Assembly: GCF_006345805.1 (NCBI RefSeq)
Contig: NC_043015.1
Span: 8,122,001 to 8,186,000 of the forward strand
Reading direction: 5' to 3'
Source: Octopus sinensis
Taxonomy: Eukaryota
Length of the DNA: 64,000 nt
Below are positions 13,291 through 26,735 of this stretch, one piece after another. The notes beneath the pieces are model-generated. The model ran no database searches. It was not told where the DNA came from and worked only from the letters and a program-made list of their open reading frames with translations. Position 1 is the first letter of the stretch. Each line of letters opens with the position of its first letter. The translations under genes and the position numbers were made by a program.

Positions 13291-14229
13291 CGTTCTATCA
13301 GTCCTTATGTCTGTCTGTCTATGAATGTATGTATTGTTCAATTATATGTGATTTACATGTATATGTAAAAGTTGCTTGTCTAAACATCTCGAACGAGTTA
13401 ATTATTAAGTTGAATCTTTTGAAAGGTACATTTTTAAATCATTCTAAATGCTGCATGATGATTATATCAAGATTTAGTGTCTTAGAATGAGATAAATTAT
13501 ACAGAGAATCTTTCATTATTTCACTAGACAATCGTATGATACATTAACGATATGCTCTCTCGAACAACTTAAATCTATAGATGTCACATCGTAAATCTAC
13601 TTCGAATGGGATTTTGGCAGGTTCAGCAGATGCGGTAGCACAAACATACATTCTATACAGATATCAAAGTAACACGCGATACTACACTCTATCTACAACA
13701 ACACGAGCATTATAATAGCTAGGCCTCACAATTTCTCTTTAAATTGACCTGAGATGGCGACTACCTACCTATTAGATAATCTCAATTGTAACAGATAATC
13801 AATATCTCCTCTATAGGACATGTATTAGATATAATAATTCTCCATAGAGTATGGCTCGACAGGGAACAACAACACTAGATGTTAAGACATTGTCTACAGG
13901 ATTTTCTTTTGTTACATTTGACAGTTACTTTGCAAATGTTCCCAGACATCATCCTTTTATCTATTACAAATCCAGGACAGGATCATATTAATTATATTCA
14001 TCTTATGGCAGTTCTAAATTTATCTCGTGAAATTACAGTCGTATAAGGTGCAACTCAGCTGGTTAAGAGCCAATGAAAAAACCTCAGCATTGTAAAGCGT
14101 CCAGCTAGAAATAACCAAGCAATCATTCTTAGAACACACTTTAGAGTCTAGGAAATTGAATAACAGAGAGTATAATGTAAACAACTAAACACTGTTTGAA
14201 AAAACATACAACTTTATGTATGCTGGTGT

Positions 14230-14385
14230 GCATTTGTCACTTAGCGGTTCGGCAAAACAGACCGATGGAATAAGTACTGGGCTTACAAAAGAATAAGTCC
14301 CAGGGTCGAGTTGCTCAACTAAAGGCGGTGCTCCAGCATGGCCACAGTCAAATGATTGAAACAAGTAAAAAAAAAAAAAAAAAAG
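14230..14385 (+). mobile_element. SINE family B 3' fragment with A-tail
   Basis: CTTAGCGGTTCGGCAAAACAGACCG...CAGCATGGCCACAGTCAAATGATTGAAACAAGT followed by poly(A). Confidence 0.85.
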
Positions 14386-14504
14386 GTGTGGTCGATCGGA
14401 ACTGATCTCGTTTCCTGTGAGATTTCGAGGAAAAGTAGGGTGACCATAGGTGTCGTAGGGTCGAAATTCCTGCGAGAATTTTATATTCACATTTTAGTTT
14501 TGGA

Positions 14505-14900
14505 ACCACAGCGTCTTCAAATAAGGCATGTACTCCAATATGATTTCAGAGAGACGACGTCTAGTGGAAACGAGCAGAACGAAAATGCATGTAATATGGT
14601 TTTGAGGCACAATATAGGCCATCAGAAAAACAGAAATAAACCAGTTAGTTGAGGCTCTTTATGAGGATGTCTGATCTTTCAGGAACATGTGGTAGCTTTG
14701 CAAAAAAAGGCAGAGAAGAAAGGAAGCAAAACAGGACATTTAGAATATGTTTTCGAATGTCATTATGCAAATATTCAAGTACAAACATTCAGGACATCTG
14801 TGAGCAAATTCATCATCGATTTATTCGTAGGAACAAGATTTCATTTCGGGTAACAACTAAGAGGTCAAAAACTACAAAAGCTGAATTACAAGGTATACCT
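14505..14900 (+). mobile_element. Possible highly decayed mariner transposase N-terminal remnant
   Basis: QIRHVLQYDFRE resembles the mariner N-terminal RHxxLYEF motif; similarity judged by eye only. Confidence 0.35.
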
Positions 14901-15359
14901 TGAATTTTTAAATTAATGATCTTTACCAAATCGCATCTCAGAATATGATAATAACGAAACAAATGTAACTCTACATTGTAAATAACTAGTTAGAGGTTCT
15001 GTCGTACGCTGGAATTGCAAACATTTTATATGGCATAAACTGAACATATTAAAAATACTAATAATTGAGAGTCTATTGCTATTTCTATTGTATCGGTTTT
15101 ATGCTTTACTTTAAAACAAACAAATAATGCTTGTTGTTAAACAATCAACAATTAGGAAAGTGATAACATATAGATATGATTTGGCAAATACGCGTTTATA
15201 AGAATATATATATATATATGTATGTATGTATGTATGTACGTATGTATGTATGTGTACACACTCACCCAAATCAATTCAAGGAAAAACATGTCCTTGAAAG
15301 GAAATATACGTATGATATGATCATACATGTATGAACCTATGTATTTATATGTGTATGGA

Positions 15360-15439
<80 letters not shown>

Positions 15440-15876
15440 GTGTGCGTCTATGAATGCATGTATTTATCTATGTATGCGCGTTGGTGCGTAATTTTGATTG
15501 TAGATATAAAAACATGACTATATTTCTCTGAATGCATATTTGTGGCGATTGTGCAACTGTGTGGGCTTTGAAATATCCAGTATGCGATAATTTAAATTGA
15601 AATCATTTGAAAACAAAGGCATATAGTCTGCCGAATCAGCTACGGCTCCGAGACAGTATATGAATGAAACCAATATCATTTAAAATAGATTGATGAATGG
15701 GGAATTGATATACACATGCTATCAACTCAAAGCATATTCGATGTAAAGGAAACCTTGTAATGTATACAAAGGGAATTTCCATCAGCCAGACTTGTAAATT
15801 CACTTTTAAATATGCATTGTTTATGCCACATATTAATAATCAAAGTCTGTACAAGCATAACCACAAACATACAGCC

Positions 15877-15926
<50 letters not shown>

Positions 15927-16239
15927 TATATAAACAAATTATGTGCTTGACAAATTAACGCTTGTTTACATGCCCATTCATTGCATGGAGATACAGCGGA
16001 TAATTGAAGATTACAGCGGAACGATAATAAAAGTAAAAGAAAAAAAATTAATGGAAAATATATTTGCTGTTGTACGAAAGCTCAATGGCGTTGCTTCTCA
16101 CATGCAAACAGACAAATATATTCGCCAAACGCAAAGAAAGAAAAATATAGTAAGAATGTGTTTAGAGATAGTAAAAGGAATATTTGGATATAGGCATGGT
16201 CATAGGGACTGAAAGCCACCAGGGAAAATATCTGGTATC

Positions 16240-16985
16240 AGAAGGGAGTAGCCAAAAATAAAATGATTAAAGAGATGTATAATCTAAGTAAGTCGGTGGT
16301 CTACAGATATCTGTGAGAAAAAAAAAAAAATGAATATCACAGCGTCCCCTTCTCAGAGAAGTATAAGTCATTCCCAAGCGCAAGAGATATGATCAGAAGC
16401 CCGATAGAAACAGGGTTGTGGCATAAATATTCTCTCTGTATGAAATAAAAGAAAAAATAGCACGTACCACACCAGGGGTGAGACTCTTGAGAATGTGATC
16501 AAAAACCTTCAGGAGTGGAAAGCACTACGAAATGAATTGGTTATCGGATACTTATACTAAAACTAAACTATTAGTGACAGCATTACATTACTTTGGCAAC
16601 TGCTAGCAAGATCTGATTAGAGGTATAAACACTCCAAAGTAGTTAGCGTGAGCAGGAGCAAAAACTAATAATTTTCAGGAATGGGATGGGACATACCTCA
16701 CAAAAAACTATCGGCCTTCTGCATCCAAGAATTGTATGCATATTTTATACGCAGCCGCTCTGAAAGAGTTCCTCTTTGTCTCATTTAACAGAAATAGCTT
16801 GATAACTGCTGAATAAATAACTGGAAAGAAAAGAGTTTGGGGATGTGCTGACCAATACTTAATCTAACAAAACTTTCACATCAAAGGTGGCCTAAGAGTA
16901 ACTTAGACGCATACTGATTGGATTACAATAAAACGTTTGACACCGTACTTTGGTCGTAGATTATTGAATTCCTCTGATCTGGATT
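16240..16985 (+). mobile_element. Second, older R4/Dong-like RT fragment
   Basis: Broken frames give KNYRPSA, GKKRVWGCADQYLI and DYNKTFDTV, paralleling the element at 10450-13068. Confidence 0.7.
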
Positions 16986-17298
16986 TCCCGATACAATTAC
17001 AATTGTATCTGGATATTTATCAATGCTACAGTCAACAAGTTTTTGTCATGTGTAATTGTAGAATGCAGGAAGTGATTCTATTATTACTAATAGGATACAT
17101 TTTAACAGGGGCATATTTCGGGCTCAAAAGTTCCTCTAAATGGTGAGTATAATTTCAGTAACCCTACTGCTTTTCTTTCCTTTGTATTTTTCTGTAAAAG
17201 AAATCTGAAGGATATGCAATTTAGCTATACAAAGACAAAAACACTAGTGTAACACATTACATCTTTATGTGTGTTCTGAACACACACATACAAACGCG

Positions 17299-17339
<41 letters not shown>

Positions 17340-17546
17340 ACACACACACACACATATGTATGTATATATAGTTATGATATATTCTGTTAAGAAAGTAGTA
17401 GAGTAGAGTATAAGAGTCCAACTTCAGATTTAACCCTGTGCTATCCAGTAATAGTATCATACCTACTTTCAGATTTGCGTTTGGGCATCTGTTGTGTGTG
17501 AATAGGTAACTTAGAAAATTTTGGAGTGAACAATGCATTTTTTAAT

Positions 17547-17585
17547 AACTGCAATTGTTTCCACGCAACGTAGTTCATCAGGTGT
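17547..17585 (-). ncRNA. Decayed minimal type I hammerhead-like motif
   Basis: Minus strand ACAC-CTGATGA-ac-TACG ttg CGTG-GAAA-CAATTG-CA-GTT; core intact, palindromic stem III, but U16.1 is C; an inverted sister copy at 17704-17741 retains the TA. Confidence 0.5.
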
Positions 17586-17799
17586 ACAGATACTTGATTA
17601 TGCAACCGTTTCCATGCATTGTGAAATCTATTTGTGTTTTCTTATATAAAAATACAATTAGACCTCATAATGCATGAAAACGGTGGCATAATGAAATACC
17701 TGCGTGCTTGGGGAACTGCGTTACGTGGAAACAATCGTAGTGATTATAAAATAAATGTGCTACTTCTTGACTCCAAAGTTTTTCTATTATATATATATA

Positions 17800-17904
<105 letters not shown>

Positions 17905-18104
17905 ATATGTATATATATTTATATATATGTGTATATAAAAAGGGTACATATATATATATATATGTATATATATTTATATATATATGTGTATATATATATA
18001 CATGAATAAACATACACACACACACGCACACACACACACACACATATATATATATAGATAGAGAGAGACAGACAGACAGAGAGAAAGACATAGTATTGTC
18101 AATG

Positions 18105-18248
18105 TACAGGCATCAGGGATTATATGCAGTGCAAATATTTGCGTGGTAGATTACGTCGCTATTGGTGTGTGAATGCCACTTTATACATCAATAGTGACAT
18201 AGGGAATAACGCAAATATTTGCACTCTATAAGATGTCTGGAGCCTGTA
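18105..18248. repeat. Decayed ~70-bp-arm palindrome (MITE-like)
   Basis: TACAGGC...AGTGCAAATATTTGCGT...CTATTG.TGT pairs with CATCAATAG...ACGCAAATATTTGCACT...GCCTGTA. Confidence 0.65.
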
Positions 18249-19157
18249 GAGTGAAAATATTCCACTTCACGTAATATAAATGTGGTGTAATATCAGCCAG
18301 CTTGCCCTCATGAGATTTGTTATGTAACCTGACGTCACAAAACCTGTTACCTCTGCAGATGGTAACAGCTGTCAAAGACTTTCCACACTACACAGAATAG
18401 ATAATAACTGACCCCTACGTGTTGACTCCATACTATGTGAAGCATGCAATTGAAAGAACATTGTCGCTGGGTGGTTGAAATACACGCAAGATCCTTAAGT
18501 ACTACATCTTCGAATTTTATACGAAATAGTAATGAGACAAACTTTTATTAAATACTTAAACTAAAACTTACGTAGTAGCATTTATAGTAGCGTTTAGATT
18601 AGTCGTACCGATAAGGTAGTTTATGACTGCTCAGTGTAAATTTTTCGTGAGGATGACAATCCAACGTCATTTATCACAACAATCTTCCCAACCTGGTGAC
18701 AACTGCCAAGCGTGAACGTAAAATTGTATCAAAACTCTGCACCAGATTCTTGCCTTTCATAGCTTATGGCTTACGTTAAAACCGAACATAATAGTATACA
18801 TCCTTCGTTACTATATATGCAATGCATCCATAAAATGAAAACTAGCATCAGGTCAACATCGTCATAATAGCACCCACTAAAATGTACTCTACGTTATGAT
18901 GTTAAAAGAGGTAAGTGCCTAGCTTAGCGACAAATATGTGCTCTTTGTGATATTAACTTTCATATATTGTTGACGATATCCATTTGATACGCCACGCGTA
19001 ATTTCTTTATCATCTTAAGGATCTCTACCAATATGTTACATGCTTCAGCCGAGAAATCTTAGATTTATTGATACGCAAATGTGTACCTTTCACAAAAACC
19101 CTGAGCAGGATATGTCAGCGTTGATGATCCCTATTTTACTAGGCTACACACACACAG

Positions 19158-19199
<42 letters not shown>

Positions 19200-19672
19200 C
19201 ACATACACACGCACACATGCACACATCTATACACAAAATCTGCCGCACATTGACGCACACACACATACACACACATACGTGTACTCTGGCGTCTCCTTTT
19301 TTCTTTTCTACATTTCTAGAGAACAGCTTCATATATCCGTAGCTCAAGAAATTTTCCCTCTAAACTATTACTAGATTTCACCCAAGTAGTTTTCATGACA
19401 CTGCATCTTGTAATATATCCCCAATGAAAATCCATAATGCGTGAAATATTCTCGTGCAATCTTTGTACATCTTGTTGTGTGAAATCTCTTTTAAGTGAAT
19501 GCATAAAATTGAAAATACATCAAAGAATATTGATATAAAATATTCAAAAATAACTGATCTTAACGTAAATTTTATTCTCCTTCACATATATCACAGGCAT
19601 ACATATACAAATTTATATTCATATATTTATGCATACACCTACACGCACACCTCATACGTTAATGGGTATAAG

Positions 19673-19724
<52 letters not shown>

Positions 19725-20235
19725 CTGAATGTGTGTAAGTATATATTCATATCCAAGACGGATGGCATGTGTATGCAGGTATGCATTTGCGTTGATGTAT
19801 ATCAGTGTATATACATATATTGGAATTATAGCTGCGTGCGTGATTTTCTTTTTATGCGATAAACGTAGACACACAATACAGATAATAAATTCAAACGTGC
19901 AAGAAGAGAATATAATTTCTTCATATCAAAGTTTTTGTATTAATTTTATTGACACTTGACGTTGGAGAAATAGGTTGATGAAAAGGATTGACAATATTCA
20001 GAAGCAAGTGCAAGGCATATCTAAATATACTTCAGGAAACGAATAAGATTTCTTAAAGAAATCTTGTATAGTCCATGTATTACATATATATATATATATT
20101 ATTTTTTCCTCTTTCTGTAAATTTGTGTTCCTTTCTCTTGGAGAACGTAGGCTCGAAACGTAAAAGAGTTTCTCACGCCTGTTTACACGCCTGTCTTCGT
20201 CTTTTGTTTGTATTTTTGTGTGAATTCCATCTCTC

Positions 20236-20297
<62 letters not shown>

Positions 20298-20307
<10 letters not shown>

Positions 20308-20552
20308 CATGTATGTATATATCAATGAGTGTGTGTATATGTATACCGGCATATATACATATATATATATATATATAAATATATATACACATATACAGTG
20401 CAGGTGTTTCTGTTAACAAGAATCAAGTTAACTTAGCAAAACTGATAAAATTACTTGATAAAATGTAGAGTATACACAGATGACTCCATCTCACACACAC
20501 ACATACACACATGCACACACACACATAAATGTATATATACAAAAATATATAT

Positions 20553-20583
<31 letters not shown>

Positions 20584-20829
20584 GTATGTATGCATGTATG
20601 TATATATCAATGAGTGTGTGTATATGTATACCGGCATATATACATATATATATATATATATAAATATATATACACATATACAGTGCAGGTGTTTCTGTTA
20701 ACAAGAATCAAGTTAACTTAGCAAAACTGATAAAATTACTTGATAAAATGTAGAGTATACACAGATGACTCCATCTCACACACACACATACACACATGCA
20801 CACACACACATAAATGTATATATACAAAA

Positions 20830-20835
<6 letters not shown>
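20298..20835. repeat. Tandem duplication, period 285 bp, delimited by (TA)n tracts
   Basis: ATCAATGAGTG at 20321 and 20606; unique portions (CAGTGCAGGTGTTTCTGTTAACAAG...GACTCCATCTC) are identical. Confidence 0.9.
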
Positions 20836-20860
<25 letters not shown>

Positions 20861-21554
20861 CATATATATAGATAGATAAATACATACATACATACATACA
20901 AACATACATGCTGAGATGGGTAAAATGTCGGCACATATATTTAATTTCGTGATTCTTCTTTGTTCGTCTTTAGTGTTGTCAACTGCATAGTATAGTAGGG
21001 TCAGTTGGGCACTGTCTGTAAGCAAAACAGCACGATGACACAATTCATTCGGCCAGAAATTGGGAAACGACATGCTGTACTGCTTCATATTCGTGCCGAG
21101 GGCTCTGAAAGAGCTGGATGAGTCTAATGGTGATTACAAAGGTACATGGGAGTGTTTTAGTTTCTTATAAGTCGGATAGTGCATGAAGACATTTCCTATT
21201 CCTTATACCGAAATTTTGACATTGCGCACTCTCGCCCACATTTTTCTTTCCAAAATTTCTGCGTATTCCTGTTTACGATATAGTAGGTTAGGATATTGCC
21301 CCCAATTTCACATTCTCCCTTTCCAATTGACTGCTCTCGTTTTTTCTGCTTTTCTACCAACACTAAAATTAATTTCTCTTCCAAAGCGACAGTGACACTA
21401 TCTCTTTCTTTCACTTTTTTATTAGAATGCTTCGAGACACTATGTTTCCAAAGAAATGCTAAAACTTTAACTTGGCCGATATGTGACTCAGCCAGCATTA
21501 AATTTTATTTTATATACAGTTTGCTATTAGTTATATACACAATAGCAAATATGG

Positions 21555-21992
21555 TTTTCATTCTTTTATTCTTTTATTCATTTCAGTCATTTGGCTGAAG
21601 CTATGGTGGAGAACCACCTATTTAGTCGACCAAATTGCCACCAGGAGTTATTTTATCGGTCTCTTTATCCAAACCGCTAAGTGACAGAGACAAAATCACA
21701 CCAACATCGATTGTAAAGTGATGGTGGGGAGACAAACACAGACACATTAATAATGCATAAACACATATATATATATATGTGTGTGTGTATATATATACAT
21801 ATACACACACACATACATATATATATACAGCGGGTTTCTTTCAGTTTCCGTCTACCAAATCCACTCACAAGTCTTTGATCGGTCTGAGGCTATAGAAGAA
21901 GACACTTGCCCAAAGTACCAGGCCCTGGAACTGAACTCGGAACTATGTGATTGGGAAGCAAGCCTCCTACCCCACACTAGCTCATGCTCCTA
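21555..21992 (-). mobile_element. SINE family B, full length, diverged
   Basis: Reverse complement of the 8637-9085 layout including the internal TA/CA tract. Confidence 0.8.
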
Positions 21993-22264
21993 CAGCCACT
22001 CCTTTAAACATAACTTATTTCAAGAAATATTTATCTTTAAAGATAATAATATAATATTTATGTGTACATCTTTAGGAAGTATTGCTCGAGTTTTTCTTAT
22101 TTTGGATGTAAGAAAGGTACGTAAAAGTAACTGCTTTTGCACACGCACACACATACACACACATGCACACACTTACACACACTCTACCTAAAACTCCTGT
22201 ACGATTTATGTTATATCTTGCTGTATCCACGTGCACAAGTACAGATCAACTTCAATAAAAATTA

Positions 22265-23378
22265 CCTTTTGGCGGAGTTCTGATGGAAGCATGTGCTAAA
22301 AGTCCACAGCTTTTTTTTATTGTTAAGTATTTTCACAAATTTTTTCGATTCTGTCTTCTGCATAATTGTATTAATATGATTATCCAATAAATTTCATTTT
22401 GTAAAAAAATATTTCAGCCCCTGGACCCTAATTCCAAAACACACCAATATTTTTCGATTTATCTTTAATTCTTGGTTTTCACAATGGAATAAATGATAAT
22501 CTAGTAATTTTCTTTTTTAATATTTGACCCCATCCCACTAATTTCAAAACTTTCCTTTATCGAGTCTTGCGTGTTTGTGTAAGAGAAAAACAATTACAAA
22601 CAGAAAATTATGTTATTAAAATAAATTATCTCTAATATACCTTTAATTTATTACCGCTAACATAGTTCCTGGATTTCAATGAGAAACAAGTTGCAGGTAA
22701 CCTTTCTGTCTCGTTTTGGATGGGCTCATTCTTTGCCGTGTTATCATATATTTCAAGTGCGCAAAACTTTCTTTGCCTGGAAAATTGGAAGAATGACACA
22801 GTACGCACTCTCTCTTTATTTGTAACAAAACAAACTCCTGTTTTTATAGAAATAAGAGTGACTCCTGGCGAGAAGATCGCAATCAAATTAAAATTTGAGT
22901 TGTACACTTCGTTTGCATGTTTTCTAGTTTGAATACTTTACCCGCAATAATATAAAGCCATGTTACAGATAAGTTATGTTCATAATTCTCCGTTACTAAA
23001 TGTATTTTTCTCGCATCAATTTAAAGGTTTGTTAGAGAGAAATTATTTTAATAACATATTTTGTTAGTAAATGGTTTTTACGTAAACGAATACCCAACAA
23101 TTTTGAGTTCGAAGTATTTTGAAAATTATTTGGAACTTATAAAAGAAACGAATGGCAGAATCGGATTGTCCGTATTTTAGGATCAAAACTTTTTTTAAAT
23201 ATGAATAGAAAAAACAGTGGAACCTTTGGAATTAAGAGGGTGGTGTGGGGGAAAGTGTAATTTTTTTTATTGGATAATCGCATTAGTTCTATTATGCAGA
23301 CAGCAGAATCGAAATAATTTTGTGAAAGTTCTTAAAAATAAAAAAAAGTATGTGCTTCGATCTGAACTTCACCAAGCC
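22265..23378. mobile_element. ~1.1-kb fold-back/MITE element with ~150-175-bp diverged terminal inverted repeats
   Basis: Reverse complement of 22265-22440 (TTTGGAATTAG...TTATTGGATAATC...ATTATGCAGA...CAGAATCGAAA...CTTAA.AATAAAAAAAAG...TGCTTC.ATC.GAACT) matches 23226-23378. Confidence 0.7.
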
Positions 23379-23514
23379 TTTTATTTAATTTGTAATTCGT
23401 TTTTTATGATGAACGTATTTAAAAAGCTAATCTTCGATTGAAACTTAAAAAGAAGCTTTTTCAGGAATCTTGTCGTTTAGCTGTTGCTTCTAGCATGTTG
23501 GATGTGGCATTAGC

Positions 23515-24210
23515 GCCCCCACCTTATTTTTATTCCAAAATGTCTTCGGGTTCTTATTTTTTCGATATAGGAGATTAGGTTTTATCCTAAACAAAAAGCG
23601 TCTTCAAAATTTTTATTTCTCCTCTCCCCATCTTAAAATTTAATTTTTATCTGTTTTCGAAATTTTGTTCCATAATCTATGTAGATTGCAAATCTTTTAA
23701 AACATTTTTCTTAAATAACAGTCAAATTCCATTCCCCAACCTCCATCCATCACTTCCCCACATTCGAAATGATAAAATCTCTGAATGTTTCACTTTTATT
23801 TTTTTTCCAGAAATAACGTCGTTTAGCTGTTGTTTCTGGCGTGTCAACTTATATTTTTGACGACTGCTACTGAAGTAGAATTCTACACACGCATGAAACA
23901 TAACACGAAAGGGAAACATTTGCAGTTTTTAGCTTTCCGAGAGCGGGGAGGTGATGGGTAGGCAAGGTGGGGGAAATGACATTGAGTGTTTCCTTAAGAA
24001 CAAGTTTTAAGAACAAAAATTAAGTAATTTCCAAAACTCGTAATCTGTATTTTTCTACGTGGATTAAGAAACGTTGGAAAAAAGTAAACAATTAAAGAAA
24101 TCGGGGTGAGGAGGTGGAAATTAAAAGTTTGAATACATGATTTCTGGGAAAAATAGTATTCCCCTATATCGAAAAAAGAAGAAATTTTTTGAAAAAATAA
24201 AAACTAGCGG
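23515..24210. mobile_element. Second decayed fold-back element
   Basis: TTTTTTCGATATAGG...TTCAAA.TTTT.ATTTC...AATC.A.GTAGA (about 23520-23690) versus the reverse complement of about 24040-24210. Confidence 0.5.
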
Positions 24211-24471
24211 AAATGGGTAGTACGGAAAATGTGTTCATAACACAAATGCACTCGTAACACTCCTTGTATATTGCTGCATTTTTGACAGGCTGTGCCCTCC
24301 CCTCTATGTTGGCTCCTTGTGGGCAAATAAGAAACAAATTTCTTAGAACAGGAATTTATAAAAAAATTTTCCAGACGGTCACCCCTTTAGGAATTGCTTT
24401 AATTTAGTACTTTTAGTAATTGTTGCATACCTAATTAATAAGAAACTTTCCTCATTATAATATAGATATAC

Positions 24472-24534
<63 letters not shown>

Positions 24535-24874
24535 TGTGTGTTTGTGTGTGAGTGTATATATATATGCATGTAAGCATGGATGTGTATGTGTAGATATTTC
24601 TGTACATATGAGTGCATGTATATATACATGCATGCATATATGTATGTATGTCTTTGTGCTTTTGGATTTTTATATATGTACACATGTCTATATGTATAAA
24701 TGTGTGTGCATATATATAGATGCATGTATACGCCTATCGGTATGTGTGTAGATATGGATAGAGATATGTATGTGTACATGTATATACATGTATGAATATC
24801 TTTATATATTATGTTTATATGAATATATGTATGTGTATATATGGGTACATGTGAATATACTTTTGTGTATTAAC

Positions 24875-24905
<31 letters not shown>

Positions 24906-25270
24906 ATTAGGTATCTTTATATATGTGTGTATGTAAGGAAAAGTATATATATAAACGTATATATATATACGTATATGTACAAGTGTTTGTTTAGTTATAT
25001 AAATATATATGTATATGTGTGTGTATATACATATATTTCTATATTTATTTTGTACATATATTTATTACATAATGGATATAGTAATCAATATACCAAAGGG
25101 CTAACAGGGTAACATTACTTAAACAACATATCCTCAGACAAACAGTTTATTTATTTACTCATTATTATGACAAATGATTTACAAGTTCCTTATTCTAACT
25201 GAATTTAAACGCTCGAAGAAATATATATATAACGTTAACAGAACGAGAACAGTGAAGAAGTTTAGAGGTA

Positions 25271-25343
25271 TATGCAGCTGATGAAGATAAATCAAATATA
25301 CGTTGGCAAACGTATTTTGAAGAATCTGAAACCGGTACATTAT
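25271..25343 (+). ncRNA. Type I hammerhead-like motif with intact core and extended stem II
   Basis: CTGATGA 25278-25284; stem II AGAT/ATCT plus TCAAA/TTTGA and ATACGTT/AACGTAT with a GGCA loop; GAAA 25328-25331; palindromic stem III ACCGGT; GUA triplet with predicted cut after 25337; stem I weak (two mismatches). Confidence 0.55.
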
Positions 25344-25370
25344 CCGTTTCTAGGTTTTTTTATTTTTCAG

Positions 25371-25385
25371 ATGTTCTTCCTAGAG
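25371..25385 (+). CDS. Candidate 15-nt frame-preserving micro-exon of an unidentified host gene
   Basis: TTTTTTTATTTTTCAG|ATGTTCTTCCTAGAG|GTAAGA: strong acceptor and donor; open in phase 0 (MFFLE) and phase 1 (xVLPR). Confidence 0.4.
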
Positions 25386-25538
25386 GTAAGACAATTTATT
25401 TTCATGTTTGTTGCACATACGCATCTTTACTAGTACATACGCAGTGAAGCTATACATTAGCGTAGTATTTATTACGTTCGCTATTTTCCAGTAAGTATCG
25501 GTGCCTCGTTTGTCATTATTTACTTTTATATATATATA

Positions 25539-25578
<40 letters not shown>

Positions 25579-25843
25579 CTGAAGCCTTTGTAAGTTTTTT
25601 GCATTCAGACAAGTTTTATTATTTCTAATTCTATTCTAAAGTGGGCATTAAAAAAAAACATTTAGTGGATTGATTCATAATATTTCATATTAGGTCAACT
25701 GAAACTATTATTATTTTCTGGAAAATAAATAAGTATATTCGTAGTTAAATATTAATTATAAATTACATATAAGCTATGTTCATTGTACTACATGTTTATA
25801 CATTTATGATTACATTCATTTAATTTATTTATTAATTATAACT

Positions 25844-25866
25844 ACAACAACAACAACAACAACAAC

Positions 25867-25936
<70 letters not shown>
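25844..25936. repeat. Compound (AAC)n(AAT)n microsatellite
   Basis: Direct inspection. Confidence 0.95.
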
Positions 25937-25939
<3 letters not shown>

Positions 25940-26289
25940 GAATAATTTTATATAATGCCATAATTTGATCTAAAAGATTTATTTCTAATTACGCATTTAT
26001 GTTTTTTTTTAAATAGATCATTTATTTATAAATATATAAACTCTTATTTACAAAAATACATACTCGTTCCTCTGGTAAATTAAGTAATTTAGCATTCGTT
26101 CTAGAAAATGTTTGTGCAAGTATGAATAAGTAGATTACAGTAATCATTGCATATAATTTCATAATTTTGAATAATTGTAAATATGTGTATTAATTGTGAC
26201 ATAAACCATGCTTAATAATTTTAATTACTTTTTTATAATGTTGTGTACTTTATAGCTCGTATTCTTATTGCAGCACTCTTAGTTCCTTA

Positions 26290-26735
26290 CTTCTGAAAGA
26301 CTTAGTAAATTTTGACATATATTATTTATAGTTTACTCTCTCTTTATCTAAGAAATAATATCGGCTCTATTTATTGTAGATATATATTTTATGTTTTTCC
26401 TTCTGTTTATTTTATTTATGAAGTTGTCCCTTCGATAACCTGGGTAAACAATGACAAGTTTCTGTTAGTTGCTTAGAATTATCTTTATTTCAGTAATTTC
26501 TTATTTAGTTACTTATGAAAGTTTTAGTAAAAATTTGATATTTATTATTTAGATTTTATTATCTCTTTATCTAAGAAATAATATAGGTTATAATTATCGT
26601 AGATCTAAGTTTTTGTTTATTTCATTTGCGGAGTTCGCTAAACTATGTAAATATGGACCATTATCTGTTATTTACTTTCAATAATCTTTATATCAGTAAC
26701 TTTGAATAAATGAGATGTGTTAGTATATTTTATCA
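26290..26735. repeat. Old diverged tandem duplication, period 223 bp
   Basis: TCTTTATCTAAGAAATAATA at 26341 and 26564, with co-linear flanks (TGAAAG..TTAGTAAA.TTTGA.AT; ATCTTTAT.TCAGTAA). Confidence 0.75.

Noticed and set aside
20930-21150. GC-richer block with ORF 20708-21088 and a possible AAG|GTACAT donor
   Set aside because: No recognisable protein motif or convincing acceptor; probably a decayed transposon fragment
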